A DNA stretch of 64,000 nt from assembly GCA_951406725.2 (NCBI GenBank), contig OX597827.1:40920001-40984000 (forward strand), in the 5' to 3' direction. Made by a program: the position numbers and the translations under genes. Under the pieces are notes generated by a model, which saw only the letters and a list, made by a program, of their open reading frames with translations, did not search any database and had not been told where the DNA came from. Positions 21,097 to 35,400 of the stretch are shown one piece after another. How positions within the stretch are numbered: the first letter of the stretch is position 1; each line of letters starts with the position of its first letter. The DNA comes from Octopus vulgaris. Its lineage: Eukaryota.

Positions 21097-22132
21097 TGGC
21101 CAAAAGTCACCCAAGAGTAAATCAAAGTTCCATAAATACTATCTGTAATTCTGTAGTGACTCAAATCGAAAAATGTGTCGTTCAAGAAGGACTTCAGTTT
21201 GAACAATTTTCATGATGTTTCGTATTTAGATGCTTTTATTAAATTCATTCAGTTGTTAAACATAAATAAATCTTGGAATTAAATGGCTTTGATTTACTGT
21301 CAGGTGACTTTTGGCCAATCCTGTGGTGATAATCAGTGGTGATTCTGGCACATAGGCTTTTCAGGCTTAGTCCAAATATAAATTTAGTAGAGTGAATTGT
21401 GTATTTGCAAGCTGATTTAATTTCGGCTAACACTGACTTCAAGTATATAATTGCAGCCAATAACTCAGACTCCTTTTATTGAGCCTGGTTGCAGTTCATT
21501 TATTTTTACTCAGCATCTGGCAGTTGTCTTAGAGGTGCCCTGTAGCAAAAGGTATCATTTGTAGCAGATATTCTCTCGGCATCGTTCACATGCTCAGAAG
21601 TTACAACCAAAGTTCACAGGCTCAAAAGTTACAGCCAAAGTAGTTATTTATAATCATAAAAATTAAAAGTAATTCAAATCCAAAGTTTGCTTGAAGCAAT
21701 AAATTTCTCTAGAGATCAGGATTTAAATTCCAGTTTCCATTCTACAATATTCTTAAAGGAATGAAAAATTATACAGAAAAATTATCTGGCTAATACGAAC
21801 AAGCCTGGTAGGTGTAAAAGACTAACTGACATCTCATGTCAAAAGTACAGGCGACAGTCAGATCACTGATGTTTGCTGTGCACTCTGCTGTCATTATTTG
21901 ACTGCTGTTATTCTGTGTGCCTGTGTGTAAAGATCATTTGTGTTTTGCAGGGTCACTTTATTTTTACCCTTAACTTAGAAATGAAGAGAGACATAAGGCA
22001 AGATATAAAAAAAATAAGCCATTTGGGGCTAGAAATAAAGTGGGGAAAACGTGAAATTCTTTGAGCAAGCATGAGTCTTACATGAAATCTGTGATGAGCT
22101 CAAGTGACACTCATGACCAAGAATCACCTCTG

Positions 22133-22174
<42 letters not shown>

Positions 22175-22363
22175 TCGTTTAGCGTCCGCTTTCCATGCTA
22201 GCATGGGTTGGACAGTTCAACTGGGGTCTGGGAAGCCAGAAGGCTGCACCAGGCCCAGTCTGATCTGGCAATGTTTCTACGGCTGGATGCCCTTCCTAAC
22301 GCCAACCACTCCATGAGTGTAGTGGGTGCTTTTTACGTACCACCGGCACAGTGTGTGTGTGTG

Positions 22364-22418
<55 letters not shown>

Positions 22419-25400
22419 GAAAATGGAGAATTAAAAATGCGGATAACAAAATTATCAAGAAGGAAAACTCACAGAAAGCACCAGAGAGATGTTCAAGAAA
22501 ATGCTGAGTATAAACATCCCCATTAAACCAATGAGGTGTAGTGCACGACGGCCAGTCGATTCCATAAGAGGGATGCTGATGAAGGTCATCACTACCAGAA
22601 CGGCTCCAATAGAACTGTCGGCATGGTTGGCTGTGTTGTCACTCATTCCGGTCATGGTGAACAGTGAATGAGAATAATACACGACCTGTGGATGATGATG
22701 GTAGTGATGATGATGGTAATGATGGTGTGACATTGATGGAGGTGACATAGATGTGTGGTGGTGGCAGTGGTGGTAGTAGTAGTGGCAGTGGTGGTGGTGA
22801 GGAGATATAAGATGTAGGATAGTTGTGACAGATTAGGAGGGATGGTCGTGGTGTGGTGGTATGGTGGTGGAAGTGATTTTGTTGTTGGTGGTGGTGATAG
22901 TGTAGGTGGTAGTGGTGATCAAGGTAGTAGTTGTGGAAGAAGTGATTGAGATGTTGGTGGTGGAGGTGGTAGTGGTGGTCAGGGTGGTGTGGAAGTGATT
23001 GAGTTATTGTTGTTGATGTTGATGGTGGTGGTGATGAGGAAATGATGCAAAGAGAAAAATAAAATAAAATTTAAATAAATATTTTTTCTAAAAACAATAA
23101 GACAAAGAGAAGGGAGAGGAGAGAGGGAGGGAGGGAGAGTGTGTGTAAGACAAAAGTATTTATAATCTATTGGATTATATAACAACACTGTAAGACTGTC
23201 TAAATGTAGATAAACAGAAATATTCAACTATCTACCAATATTGTTTGATTACAAAAGCATATATATATATATATATACACATATATACAGGGTCGCCCAA
23301 AAGTCACAGAGGAGTCTAAAGTTTAATAAATTTGTTTTAATTATATTTTTTTGTTTGTAATCCACAAAATGTGACTCTTCACTCCTAATGTGTACACACA
23401 CATTATATATATATATATATATCTATATATATATATATATATATATAAAGTTAATCCAAACATGAAAACACAAAGAGAAAACACAACACGAGGACGTGGA
23501 ACAAATATAGTATTATTGGACGCTCAGGAAGGAAGGGAAGAAGGAGGGTTTTACGTTTCGAGCGGAGCTCTTCGTCAGAAACATAGGAAAAGGAAAGATC
23601 CAGAGAAGGGAAGACAGAGGAAAAAAAAAATCGCCAACGGTACACACGCGGTCACATTTTGAATGCTATATATATATATATATATATACACACAGTGTGT
23701 AGTGCTAAGTTATTGAAAATTTAAAACAACATAAATGAATTATTAACACCTTTGTGACTTTTGGGCCACTCTATATAAATTGTTAATACTAAAGGGGGAA
23801 AAAAACAAATCAAAATACGAGTGTGTATATAGTATAAGATATATGAACTCTGTGTGTGTGTACATGTGTGGGGGGAGGGGTATGTATATATACACACATG
23901 AAAGGTCCTTAATTTGAAACCAGTTTGACAAGTGTCCATGCTTGAAATTCTTGGCCCTTGAGTCATTTTGTAATTTCTGACAATTAAAAATGATAAAACA
24001 TACAAAGTGAAGTTTCCCTCTATTAAATCCACTCACAAGATTTTGGTTGGACCAAGGCTATAGCAGAAAACACTTGCCCAAGGTGCCATGCAGTAGGACT
24101 GAACTCGGAACCATGTGGTTGAGAAGCAAACTTCTTGCCACACAACCACATCTGCACACACACACACACGCACACACACACAATGAGATTCTTTTGATTT
24201 CTGGGATCTTTTCCTTTTGAATGGCACTTTGTAACATAATTTCTAGGTAACTAAAAAGTTTTAAACTTCGTATACTGGTAGAATGTGTTTATAAAACATC
24301 ATTTTCTCTTGGCTTTATTGAGAAAATTCTATAGGCTTGTAAGATATTTCGTCTGAAATTACTTGCATTTTAGCAATTTTAACCAATCACTGGAGTCCAT
24401 TTAGGTAAATAACATTCTGTGCATAATGAATATGTCCCTCCTTTAAGAAACAGATTGGGTTTATTTACATTTGTGAAGAAAAAAGATACCCTTCCCCCAC
24501 TTTTTAGTTACCTAGAAATTATGTTACAAAGTGCCGTTCAAAAGGAAAAGGTCCGATTTCAGTCCAATTCTGCTCAAAAGGCTTTGGTCAGCCTGGTGCT
24601 ATAGTAAGAAGATACTTGCTCAAGATGCCTGCCTTAAAGCAGAACTGAAACCAAGACAGCATGACTGAGAAGCAAGCTTCTTAACGACAGGGCTAGATGA
24701 AAAACTATTAATGAAAACATGGTGATCTACCATGTCTTCATGGTATATCTACCAGGTGATATACCAAGGATATCTACCAGGTGATATCCACTTGGTAAAT
24801 ATCCAGAGAAAGCTATGATAGGTGGGGTGGAGGTGGATTGATAAATAAATTTAAGTTTTTGGTTGAACAAAATATCTTCTTGTACTGAGTTATGTTCCTT
24901 CCTGTTCTAGGCTTAATAACTACAGTGGCAAACACCCACTAAAATTCAAACAAGATTCTGATAATGAATGCACCTCCCTATACACACACACACGTGCACT
25001 TACAAACCCTACACAAAATACACACAGAACACAGAAGATTAAGCTGTCTACTTACGGCAAGAATCCCACTGCACTGTTGAGAGAGTTGCATCACCACTCC
25101 AATAACGAGTGGCCTACGGAGTTCTGACTTGAACATGAGCTCCCAGATACTGATCTTAGGAAGGAAAGAGAGAGCGAGAGAGGCAGTGAGTGAGTGAGTG
25201 GGTAGGTGAGTGAGTAGATGAGTGAGTGGATAGGTGGGTGGGTGAAGGGTGGATAGGTGAGTGGGTGGGTGGGTGGGTGAGTGAGTGAGTGGGTGGGTGG
25301 GTAGGTGAGAGGGTGAGTGAGTGGGTGAATGAGTGGGTGGGTCTGAGTGAGTGAGTAAGGAGTGACTGAGTGAGTAGTGAGTGAGATAGTTTGATATGCA

Positions 25401-28400
25401 TGCGTGTGAATATGTATGTACTGGCATGTGTATAATGCATGTGTTTGAGTAACGTGTGAAGTGGTGATGCGGATATGCGTGTGTGTTAGAATGGATTGAT
25501 GGCTAGAAATGGAATGAAGTGCATGCACATGTGTACATGCATTAGTGTGTTATAAATAATTATATACAAAAACATTTAAGCATAAACTGAAAAAGCACCA
25601 AATATTTATATGCAGAATATTATATATTTGTTCTTATAAAGAAAAGGTTAGCAGTGAGACATCCACTCTTTCATCAATCTTGCATGTTACCTTCTTTACT
25701 TTGTCCCTTCCTACACCAAAGAGGGTCCAGGGGACACCCTAGGAGTTGGCAAGAAATTACAGGGTGTCGATGATAGCCAAGGGCCGAATGGGGGTTGATG
25801 AGCGAAAGACCAGCTCACCCAGATGAACTGCTTGAAATACTTGGTCAGCGCCATGCTCATCCCTCACATTGGTGTTGTCAATTTCAATAAAAGATATTCC
25901 AGCAATATGGTGTACGAATGTTCAGCTTCTGCTGAACAACCTGCACAAAACGATGGGTGCTATTTACATGCCACTGGCATGGGTGCCAGTCAGGTGGCAC
26001 TAGCATTAACCATGCTCAAATGGAGCTTTTAACATGTCACCAGCACAGAAGCCAGTCAGGCAGCACTGGCATCGACCACACACATCAAAGCACTAAGCAC
26101 ACTCTGTAAAGTGGTAGGTATTGGGAAGGGCATCCAGCCATAGAAACCATGCCAAATCAGACTGGAGTCTGGTACAGACCCCCAGCTTGCCAGCTCTGGT
26201 CACACCATCCAACCCATGCCAGCATAGACAACGGATATTAAATGATAATGATGATGATGATGACACACACATACATACCTTGGGCTCTGATTCACACATC
26301 CTTTGTTCATGTTTCATGTCTTCAATATCCAACTCCACATCGAAATTGCCACGTAACTCCATAAGCACTGCAAAAGAAGGCAATGGACAATGATGGTGGT
26401 GGTGGTGGTAACAATAATGAATGTGGTGGTGGTGATGCTAGTGGTGGTAGTGATTGTGATAGCAGAGAGGAGGTAGTGGTGGTGGTGGTGTTCATGTGAG
26501 TGTGTGTGTGTATATGTGTATATATAAGTGTGAGCATTTATTTGATTATTTGACTTCTTTCTATGAAAAGAGGATAATTTCTAACAAAGAAAACAAATCT
26601 TATTTGCTGAAGTTTATATAACAGCAACAGTTAAGGTCACATGTTGAATTTTAGAAAAATCTTGTATATAGGCACAGGAGTGGCTGTGTGGTAAGTAGCT
26701 TGCTTACCAACCACATGGTTCTGCGTTCAGTCCCACTGCATGGCACCTTGAGCAAGTGTCTTCTACTATAGCCTCGGGCCGACCAAAGCCTTGTGAGTGG
26801 ATTTGGTAGACGGAAACTGAAAGAAGCCTGTTGTATATATGTATATATATGTGTATATGTTTGTGTGTCTGTGTTTGTTCCCCCAACATCACTTGACAAC
26901 CGATGCTGGTGTGTTTACGTCCCCGTAACTTAGCGGTTCAGCAAAAGAGACCGATAGAATGAGTACTGAGCTTCCAAAGAATAAGTCCTGGGGTCGATTT
27001 GCTCGACTAAAGGCAGTGCTCCAGCATGGCCACAGTCAAATTACAAACAAGAGTAAAAGAGTAAAGAGAGAGAGTATAAATATTTAGTGTAATGTTGACG
27101 CATAACCAGTTTATTGCAAATAAAGCTTAACAAAATCTTATATGGACCCCCAAGAGCCATATGGACTCTGGTTGAGAAGCATTAGGTTAGATGGTTTGGC
27201 AAGATCCAGTGAATCACAGAGGCTAGGCCAAGCTCCAATGTCATCTTTGGTATGGTTTCTATTGCTGAGTGGCCTTCCTAATGTCAACCACTTTGCAGTG
27301 AGTAATGGTGCTTCTTTCATACCACCAACTCCAGTGAGATTGCCAAGTAACTGGCAAGACAGACATTGAACAGGAACAAAGGGAAAGGAAAATGGTCCTA
27401 CTACTAAGCAGGGTGGTAGGAGCATTTGGAGAGATGGCGGTGGCTTTATGCCAAGGTTTGAAAGGTATGTATGTTGTTATTCAGTTTATTTCAAGATTTC
27501 TTGCTAAAACAGAAAGACCTGGTTTCTAACCGAGATCCAAAGCTCCTTCATTGGAATTTCAACATCAGCAACAAGGGAGCTGGCAGAAACATTAGCATGC
27601 CGGGTGAAATGCTTAGTGGTTTTTTGTCTGTCTTTACGTTATGAGTTCAAATTCCACCGAGGTCAACTTTGCCTTTCATCTTTTCGGGATCGATAAATTA
27701 AGTACCAGTTGCTTAGTGGGGTTGATCTAATCGACTGGACCCTTCCCACCAAATTTCGGGCCTTGTACTTAGAGTAGAAAAGGATGGATGGATTTGTCTG
27801 TCTATCTGTATGTATGTATGTATGTGCAGATTTGTATGTTTTATGTATGTATGTATGTATGTATGTATGTATGCATGTGTGTGTGTGTATATGAATGTGT
27901 TTAAATGTATGCATACATTTTTGTATGCAGTAAGAATGTAACAGTTACCTTCTCTGGATCGAGTCTCTTCATTTCTAGAAATAAGCAGAAAACGAGGACT
28001 TTCTGGGCAAAATATCAAAAGTGGTAACTGTATGGCAGCTGGAATGAACGTCAGACCTGGATAATCAAAGTAAAAGATGCATGTATTGATGCTGTTGACT
28101 AACTGTGATCAACTCAGCTTAAACAGATGTAAGACCAAAAAGACAACCAATTCATTTATTTGTGCTGTGTGCTTAGAATCTTGCTTCTCAACCACATGGT
28201 TCCGGGTTCAGTCCCATTGTGTGGTACCTTAGGCAAGTGTCTTCTGATTTAGCTTCAGGCCAACTAAAACCATGTGAATGGATTTGGTAGATGAAAACTG
28301 AAAGAAACTCATTGGATGTGTGTGTGGGTGTGACTGAGTGTCTTTGCCCCCCACCCCCACTGCTCGACGACCAGTGTTGGTTTGTTTACGTCCCTGTAAT

Positions 28401-29415
28401 TTCACGGTTCAGCAAAAATGAGTCTGATAGAAAAGCATCAAGCTTTAAAAAAAAAAATAAATAAATAAATAAATAAATATTGGGGTAGTGGTTTGTGTTT
28501 GTATGTATGTACCCTAGATCACATAGTTGTGAAACAAGTTACTTAACTGCAGAGCCATACTTGCACCTTATACTTTATAAATTTAGCTGCATTATTATAT
28601 TGATAGTTTTAAAGGTGGCAAGCTGGTAGAATCGTTAGCATGCTGGACAAAATGCTTAGTGGTATTTTTCCAATCGCTACGTTCTGAGTTCAAATTCTGC
28701 CAAGGTCATCCCTGCCTTTCATTCTTTTAGGGTTGATAAATTAAGTACCAGTGAAATACTGGAGTCAATGTAATCGACTAGTCCCCTCCCCAACAAATTT
28801 CAGGCCTTATGTCTGCAGTACAAAGGATTATATTACATAATTTATAATGAATTATAATCAGGTATAAATGAGAAAGGCGAGCTGGCAGAAACGTTAGCAC
28901 GCCAGGCGAAATGCTTAGCGGTATTTCGTCTGCGTTACGTTGTGAGTTCAAATTCCGCCGAGGTCGACTTTGCCTTTCATCCTTTCGGGGTCAATAAATT
29001 AAGTACCAGTTATGCACTGGGGTCGATGTAATCGACTTAATACCTATGTCTGTCCTTGTTTTGTCCCCTCTGTGTTTAGCCCCTTGTGGGTAATAAAAAA
29101 ATAGGTCTAAATGAGAAAGCATAATGAGTTGTAATTTTGATGAGTTACAAGTTACAATTTAGGTTAGTTATAATCATCGACATCGCATCATTTTAATGTT
29201 CACTCTTCCATGCATGCAAGGATCAGATGAAAGTCATCGAGCCAGATTTTCTATGGCTGGATGCCCATCCTGTCACCAATCCTCACCTGTTTCCAAACCA
29301 TTTCCTATGGCCAGGCGTTTTTCACAGAAGACTGGAGACAAACGACATCATCATTTGTATGAAAGTTGATGATATCCATTTACAACCATCATGCAAGGGT
29401 GCATACATACAAGCA

Positions 29416-29463
<48 letters not shown>

Positions 29464-32407
29464 GCCTTTTGGCTTAAATCAAAGAGCATTACTTACCAAG
29501 TAATATGGGCCATGAGGATTCAGTACCCATGAGTTCAGGAAAACCTAATACTTGTGATATGAGGACCCCAAGAGTTATACTCAGCTGGTGCACAACACCC
29601 AGTGCTCCTCGGATATTGGCCGGGGCAATTTCCGATAAATACATTGGAGTGAGGACTGTGGTTAGACCTTCAAAACAGAACCAAAATAACAATGGAATAA
29701 GAAGGTAAATTAGGAGGTAAATAAATTTTGTAAGTTAAATATCTGAATAGGAAATTAAAATTATAATTTCATTTATATTACTTGTTTTTCAATATTTCTG
29801 TCAATTTTTGAATGGGCGCTATAAGAGGGAGTTACAAGAAGGCTCTATGGGTGAGAGCTATGAATGAGCACTACAAGTGGGAGCTATGAGGAAGCACTAT
29901 GAGTGGGAGTTATGAGTGGGTGTCATGGGTGGTTGCTATAAGTGGGAGGTACAAGTGTGCACCCCAAGTGGATAATATGAGAGAGCACTACCAGTGGATA
30001 CTATGAGAGGGTACTACAAGTGGGCAGTAGGAGTAACAAGTGGACTACAAGAGGGCACTATGAGTGGGTGTTGTAAGTGGGTGTTACGAGTGGGAGTTAT
30101 TGGATACAACAGTGGGTGCTATGTGAGTGGGCATTATGAGTGGGAACTACAATTAGGCAATATGAGTGGGTGCTATTATAGGATGCTATTGGTGGGAGTT
30201 ACAAGAGGGCACTATGAGTGGGTACTATGAGAGGGCAATGTGGGTACTATGAGTGGGCATTGCAAGTGGGTGTTAAGTGGGGAAACTATTAGTGGGCACA
30301 AAAGTGGGCACTGCACAAGTGGGCATAATGAATAGGTGTTACATGTGAAAATTATGAGGACAAGTTGCAAGAAAATAAAGAACATGGAAGAAGACAAAAG
30401 GAGAGTGAAAGAAAAAGGAAAGACTAAAAGATGTAAAAGAATGAATGAAAAATCTTCAGAAGAATTCAAATTGTTTGTTTAAATGTAAAGAAGAGATAAG
30501 AAAAATAATCATCGGAAGAAGGCTTAGCAAAGAGTTTTGAAAATGAAAGATTTACAAAGAAAGCAGAGGACTTACCACAATTGAGTCCCAGAACCAACCG
30601 ACCAATAATAATCATCTCGAAAGATTTGCATGTTTTGCTAAGTACAATTAATACAGAACCAAGAACACCAATTGGACAATTCAGCATGATTCCTCGCTTT
30701 CTTTTAAAACAAAATAAATATAAAATAAAAAATAATAAAGAAAAAAGAAAAGAAAAAAGTTAAAAGAATTATCCAGCTGAACTTTTTTTAAATGAGCATT
30801 TATTGTTGTTGTTTACTTCAACTGGATACTATGAGAGGGTACTAAAAGCGGGCAGTATGCGTAGTAGCAACAAGTGGACTATGAGAGGGCATAAGTGGGT
30901 GTGACCCCAAATTTGGTGATGGTACCATGTAAAAAGAACTGGTGATGATGCCATGTAAAAAGAACTGGTGATGTTACCAAGTAAAAAGAACTTAAGGCGG
31001 CATGCTGGCAGAATCGTTAGCACGTCAGGCGAAATGCTTAGCAGTATTTCATCTGCCGTTACGTTCTGAGTTCAAATTCCGCCGAGGTCGACTTTGCCTT
31101 TCATCCTTTCGGGGTCAATAAATTAAGTACCAGTTACGCACTGGGGTTGATGTAATCGACTTAATCCGTTTGTCTGTCCTTGTTTGTCCTCTCTGTGTTT
31201 AGCCCCTTGTGGGTAGTAAAGAAATAGGTACCAAGTAAAAATAACTCGTGATGGTGCCATGTAAAAAGCTCTGGTAATGGTACCACATAAAAAGCACTGG
31301 TGATGGTGTTACGTCAAAAATCCCATGGTTAATTTAAAACAATTTGAATAAATAAACATTATATTTAAGAGAGTAATCAGAAGACTAAAAATCTAAATGA
31401 ATAGATTAAATATTAAGAGAGAGTTTTAAGATTTACCTTCCAAAGAAGTCAGCCCAGACACCGCCAGAAAGTCCACCAATCATACCTCCAACAGCGAAGA
31501 TTGCCACTATTAATGACCAGTAATTGTTCAAATGTGAAAGCTTACTGGGTTCACCATTTCTATCTAGAACTGTAGCATTGATGAAATCCTTCACAAGCTA
31601 TAATAAAAGACAAATTGAGTTCTGTAGATTAGGTTGATTATTCTTTAAATGTGAGACATAGATATACATACACACATATATGCAAGCACATGTGCACATA
31701 CATACACACACACACAAACGTGTATATTTCTTTACTACCCACAAGGGGCTAAACATAGAGGGGACAAACAAGGACAGACAAACGGATTAAGTCGATTACA
31801 TCGACCCCAGTGCATAACTGGTACTTTATCTATCGACCTTGAAAGGATGAAAGACAAAGTCGACCTCAGCAGAATTTGAACTCAGAACATAACGACAGAC
31901 GAAATACCGCTAAGCATTTCGCCCGGCACGCTAACGCTTCAGCCAGCTCACCGCCTTGAATACACACAAACATGTGTATTCAAGTACACATATGTGTACA
32001 TACACACACACTACAGAGCTCACAGTGAAGTCAGCAAACAACATCTTTTCTCTGTAGATTTCATGAAGAAAAGGCCCTAACTCTGAAATATTGAAATACC
32101 AAATAAAATTACTAACCATCAACCTGTATATAATTAAATTTTTTGACATACATTGTTTTGGCTTTGAGAAAGAATTCAAAAACATATATACGAAGAGGTG
32201 CTTAAAAGTTCCTGGCTTTGAGTGAAAGAAAATACGAGGAGGATCAGTTAATTATGATTTTATTCAACATATTCTCTTCTCAGATTCACACACTCATTGC
32301 AGCAGTCCTTCAGTTTTTCTAAGCCCTGTAAAAGAACTTGGAAGTTTGGGCTTCCAACCAGGCCTTTTGCAACACCCTTAAAGCCAGGAACTTTTCAGTA
32401 CTCCCTC

Positions 32408-32461
<54 letters not shown>

Positions 32462-35400
32462 GGGTCAAAACCTCCTTCAGTCATGAAAGACATTGGGATT
32501 TGCACCTAGAAGGTTACACTCCAAGGCATAAGTCACGGCAAGATTGTTCTATTTATTTTTTTATTAAGGATGACCAACAATGGTAGTGGTGGTGGTGGTG
32601 ATGGTAGTGAAGTGATATAGGAAATGACTGTGTTTGAATTGACTTACTCCTTGTGGAGAATTTATGACGCCACTGCCATAACCAAACATGAAGGATCCCA
32701 TTGCTGATGCAACTATTGACAGGAATAACTTTGCAGTCAAAAACTGAAAAAGAGAAACAAAAAAAAACATGAGAGAGTTGGGAGTTTTGAGAGAGACTAA
32801 GAGGAGGAGGAGGAGAAGAGTGAAATAGGGAGACTGAGAGAGTAAAAGATTAGAGAGAGAGAGAGAGTAAAAGATTAGAGTGAATTAGAGAGACTAAGAG
32901 CATAAAGGAAGAGAGTGAAATAGAGAGACTGGGAATATGAAAGAGGAAAGTGAATTAGAGAGACTAAGAGCACAACAGAATAGAATGAAATAAGAAGATT
33001 GAGAGAGTGAAAAAAAGAGGGAGAGTAAAATTCAGAATCCAAAAAAATAACAATTGTCATTAGCATCAGACAAACAATCCATGGAAAACAGATGTTAAGT
33101 GGTGATGGTCACTCAATGTAAAGAATAATTTAGTTAGCTTCACCCTCCCCCCTTGTACATACTGCTATGTAACTTTAATCCCATTTGCCATTGTGTACTT
33201 TTAATTTACTTTGCATAACAACCAATTGGTGAAATTCCCAATTTGGTATGGAGACTTAAGCCATTTTATTGTCTTTATACTCAGGCATGGCTGTGTGGTA
33301 AGAAGCTTGCTTTCCAACCACATGGTTCTGGGTTCAGTCCCACTGTGTGGCATCTTGGGTAAGTGTCTTCTGCTCTAGCCTCACGTCAAGCAAAGCCTTG
33401 TGAGTGGATTTGGTAGATGGAAACTGAAAGAAGCCCATTGTTGTGTGTCTTTGTGTCTGTGATCATTCCTATCCATCACCGCTTGACAACTGGTGTTGGT
33501 GTGTTAACATCCACATAACCTAGCGGTTCAGCAAACGAGACCAATAGAATAAGTACCAGGCCTAAAACAGTCCTGGGGTCAATTTATTCAACTAAAACCC
33601 CTCAAGGCAGTGCTCCAGCATGGTCACAGTCAAATCACTGAAACAATAAAGAAGAAAAGAATGCACGTGAAAGTACATGGCCAAGTAGTTAGAGTGCTGC
33701 AGTCATGATTGTGAGATCATAGTTTCAATTCCTGGATCAAGTGATGTATTTTATTCTTGAGCAAACACTTCATCTCATGTTGCTCTGTGATCACTTCAAC
33801 ACCTAACATGTGGCACATATATGCCACATGTTCAGGCAACATTGATTTGATGGAGAGATTGAGCTAATTTGCATCACAAACGTTTGATCACTATAAACAA
33901 ATAATTTGTGAAGGTCATTCAACAAGAAATTTCTCAGACGAGAGAGTACCATCATACATACATCTAAAATGTTACTCTGTGAAACACTTAACATCCTTAG
34001 CCATGAGCAGATTTGACTCTCAGCTGTTTTATGTTATACTGTATATGCTCGCAGATAGGTCACACTTTTTTTACCAAAACTCAGGGATACGACTTATCCA
34101 CTCACATCACATGGATCTGTAATAGACAGTGGTATATCAGCAGCCCAGGTGCACACCCTGGGCCTGGGCTTTTTAGTTTTCAGTATTTCTAGGCGTTTTT
34201 CTTATCAAATTGAAACTTACCGTTTTTTTTTTGTTTTTTTTTGTTTTTTTTTTCGTTTTTTTAGTTGATTTATCAAGAAAGTCACTTCTGCAAAAATGTT
34301 TTAATATTTGGAAACAAAGTTTTGAATATTTACTCTTTTACTCTTTTATTCTTTTACTTGTTTCAGTCATTTGACTATGTCCATGCTGGAGCACTGCCTT
34401 TAGTCAAGCAAATCGACCCCAGGACTTATTCTTTGTAAGCCTAGTACTTATTCTATTGGTCTCTTCTGCCGAACCGCTAAGTTACGGGCACGTAAACACA
34501 CCAGCATCGGTTGTCAAGCGATGTTGGGGGGGGACAAATACAGACACACAAACATATATATATACACACAGAGAGGACCGATCAGGTAAAGGACCTAGGT
34601 ATCTTGGTGGATTCCTCCTTTTCGCCTTCGGCCCAGTGCGTCCATGCTGCCAACAAAGCACGCGGAATTCTGTTCTTGATTCGACGGTCATTCGGAATGC
34701 TCACAGCAGCCATATTCCTACCACTCTATGTCACGCTGGTGAGACCCATATTGGAGTATGGGATTCAAGCCTCTTCTCCTTATCTCCTCAAAGACATACA
34801 GCATCTCGAAAGAGTCCAGAAGCTGGCTACCCGCATGGTTCATGGTCTCAAAAATTTGTCCTACGAAGAAAGGCTGAGGACGCTCGACCTTTATTCTCTT
34901 GAAAAACGCCGCCGCCGTGGTGATCTCATTCTCGCCCACAACATCATAAGCGGAAAGTGTAACCTCTCGAAAGAGCTGTTCTTCACTCCTGCTCCAGAGC
35001 GTCAGCTGCGGGGTCATTCCGAAAAGCTCTACCTGTGACGATTTCATCTCAATCGAAGGAGAGGAGCTTTCTCCGTCCGGGTTGCGGATCCGTGGAACAA
35101 GCTGCCAGACGAGATGGTGAAGATGCCGATGACCGCTTTGTTCAAAGCCTCCCTTGACCTCAAGTGGCCTGAACTCTTTACATGAACACCACCCTGTACT
35201 TAACTCCATGTCCCCCTACATGGCCTTGCTATTTGCTTTTGAGCCAAATTAACTAACTAACTAACTAACACACACACATATATACGATAGGCTTCTTTCA
35301 GTTTCCATCTACCAAGTCCACTCACAAGGCTTTGGTCGGCCCAAGGCTATAGTAGAAGACAATTGCCCAAGGTGCCATGCAGCGGGACTGAACCTGGAAC

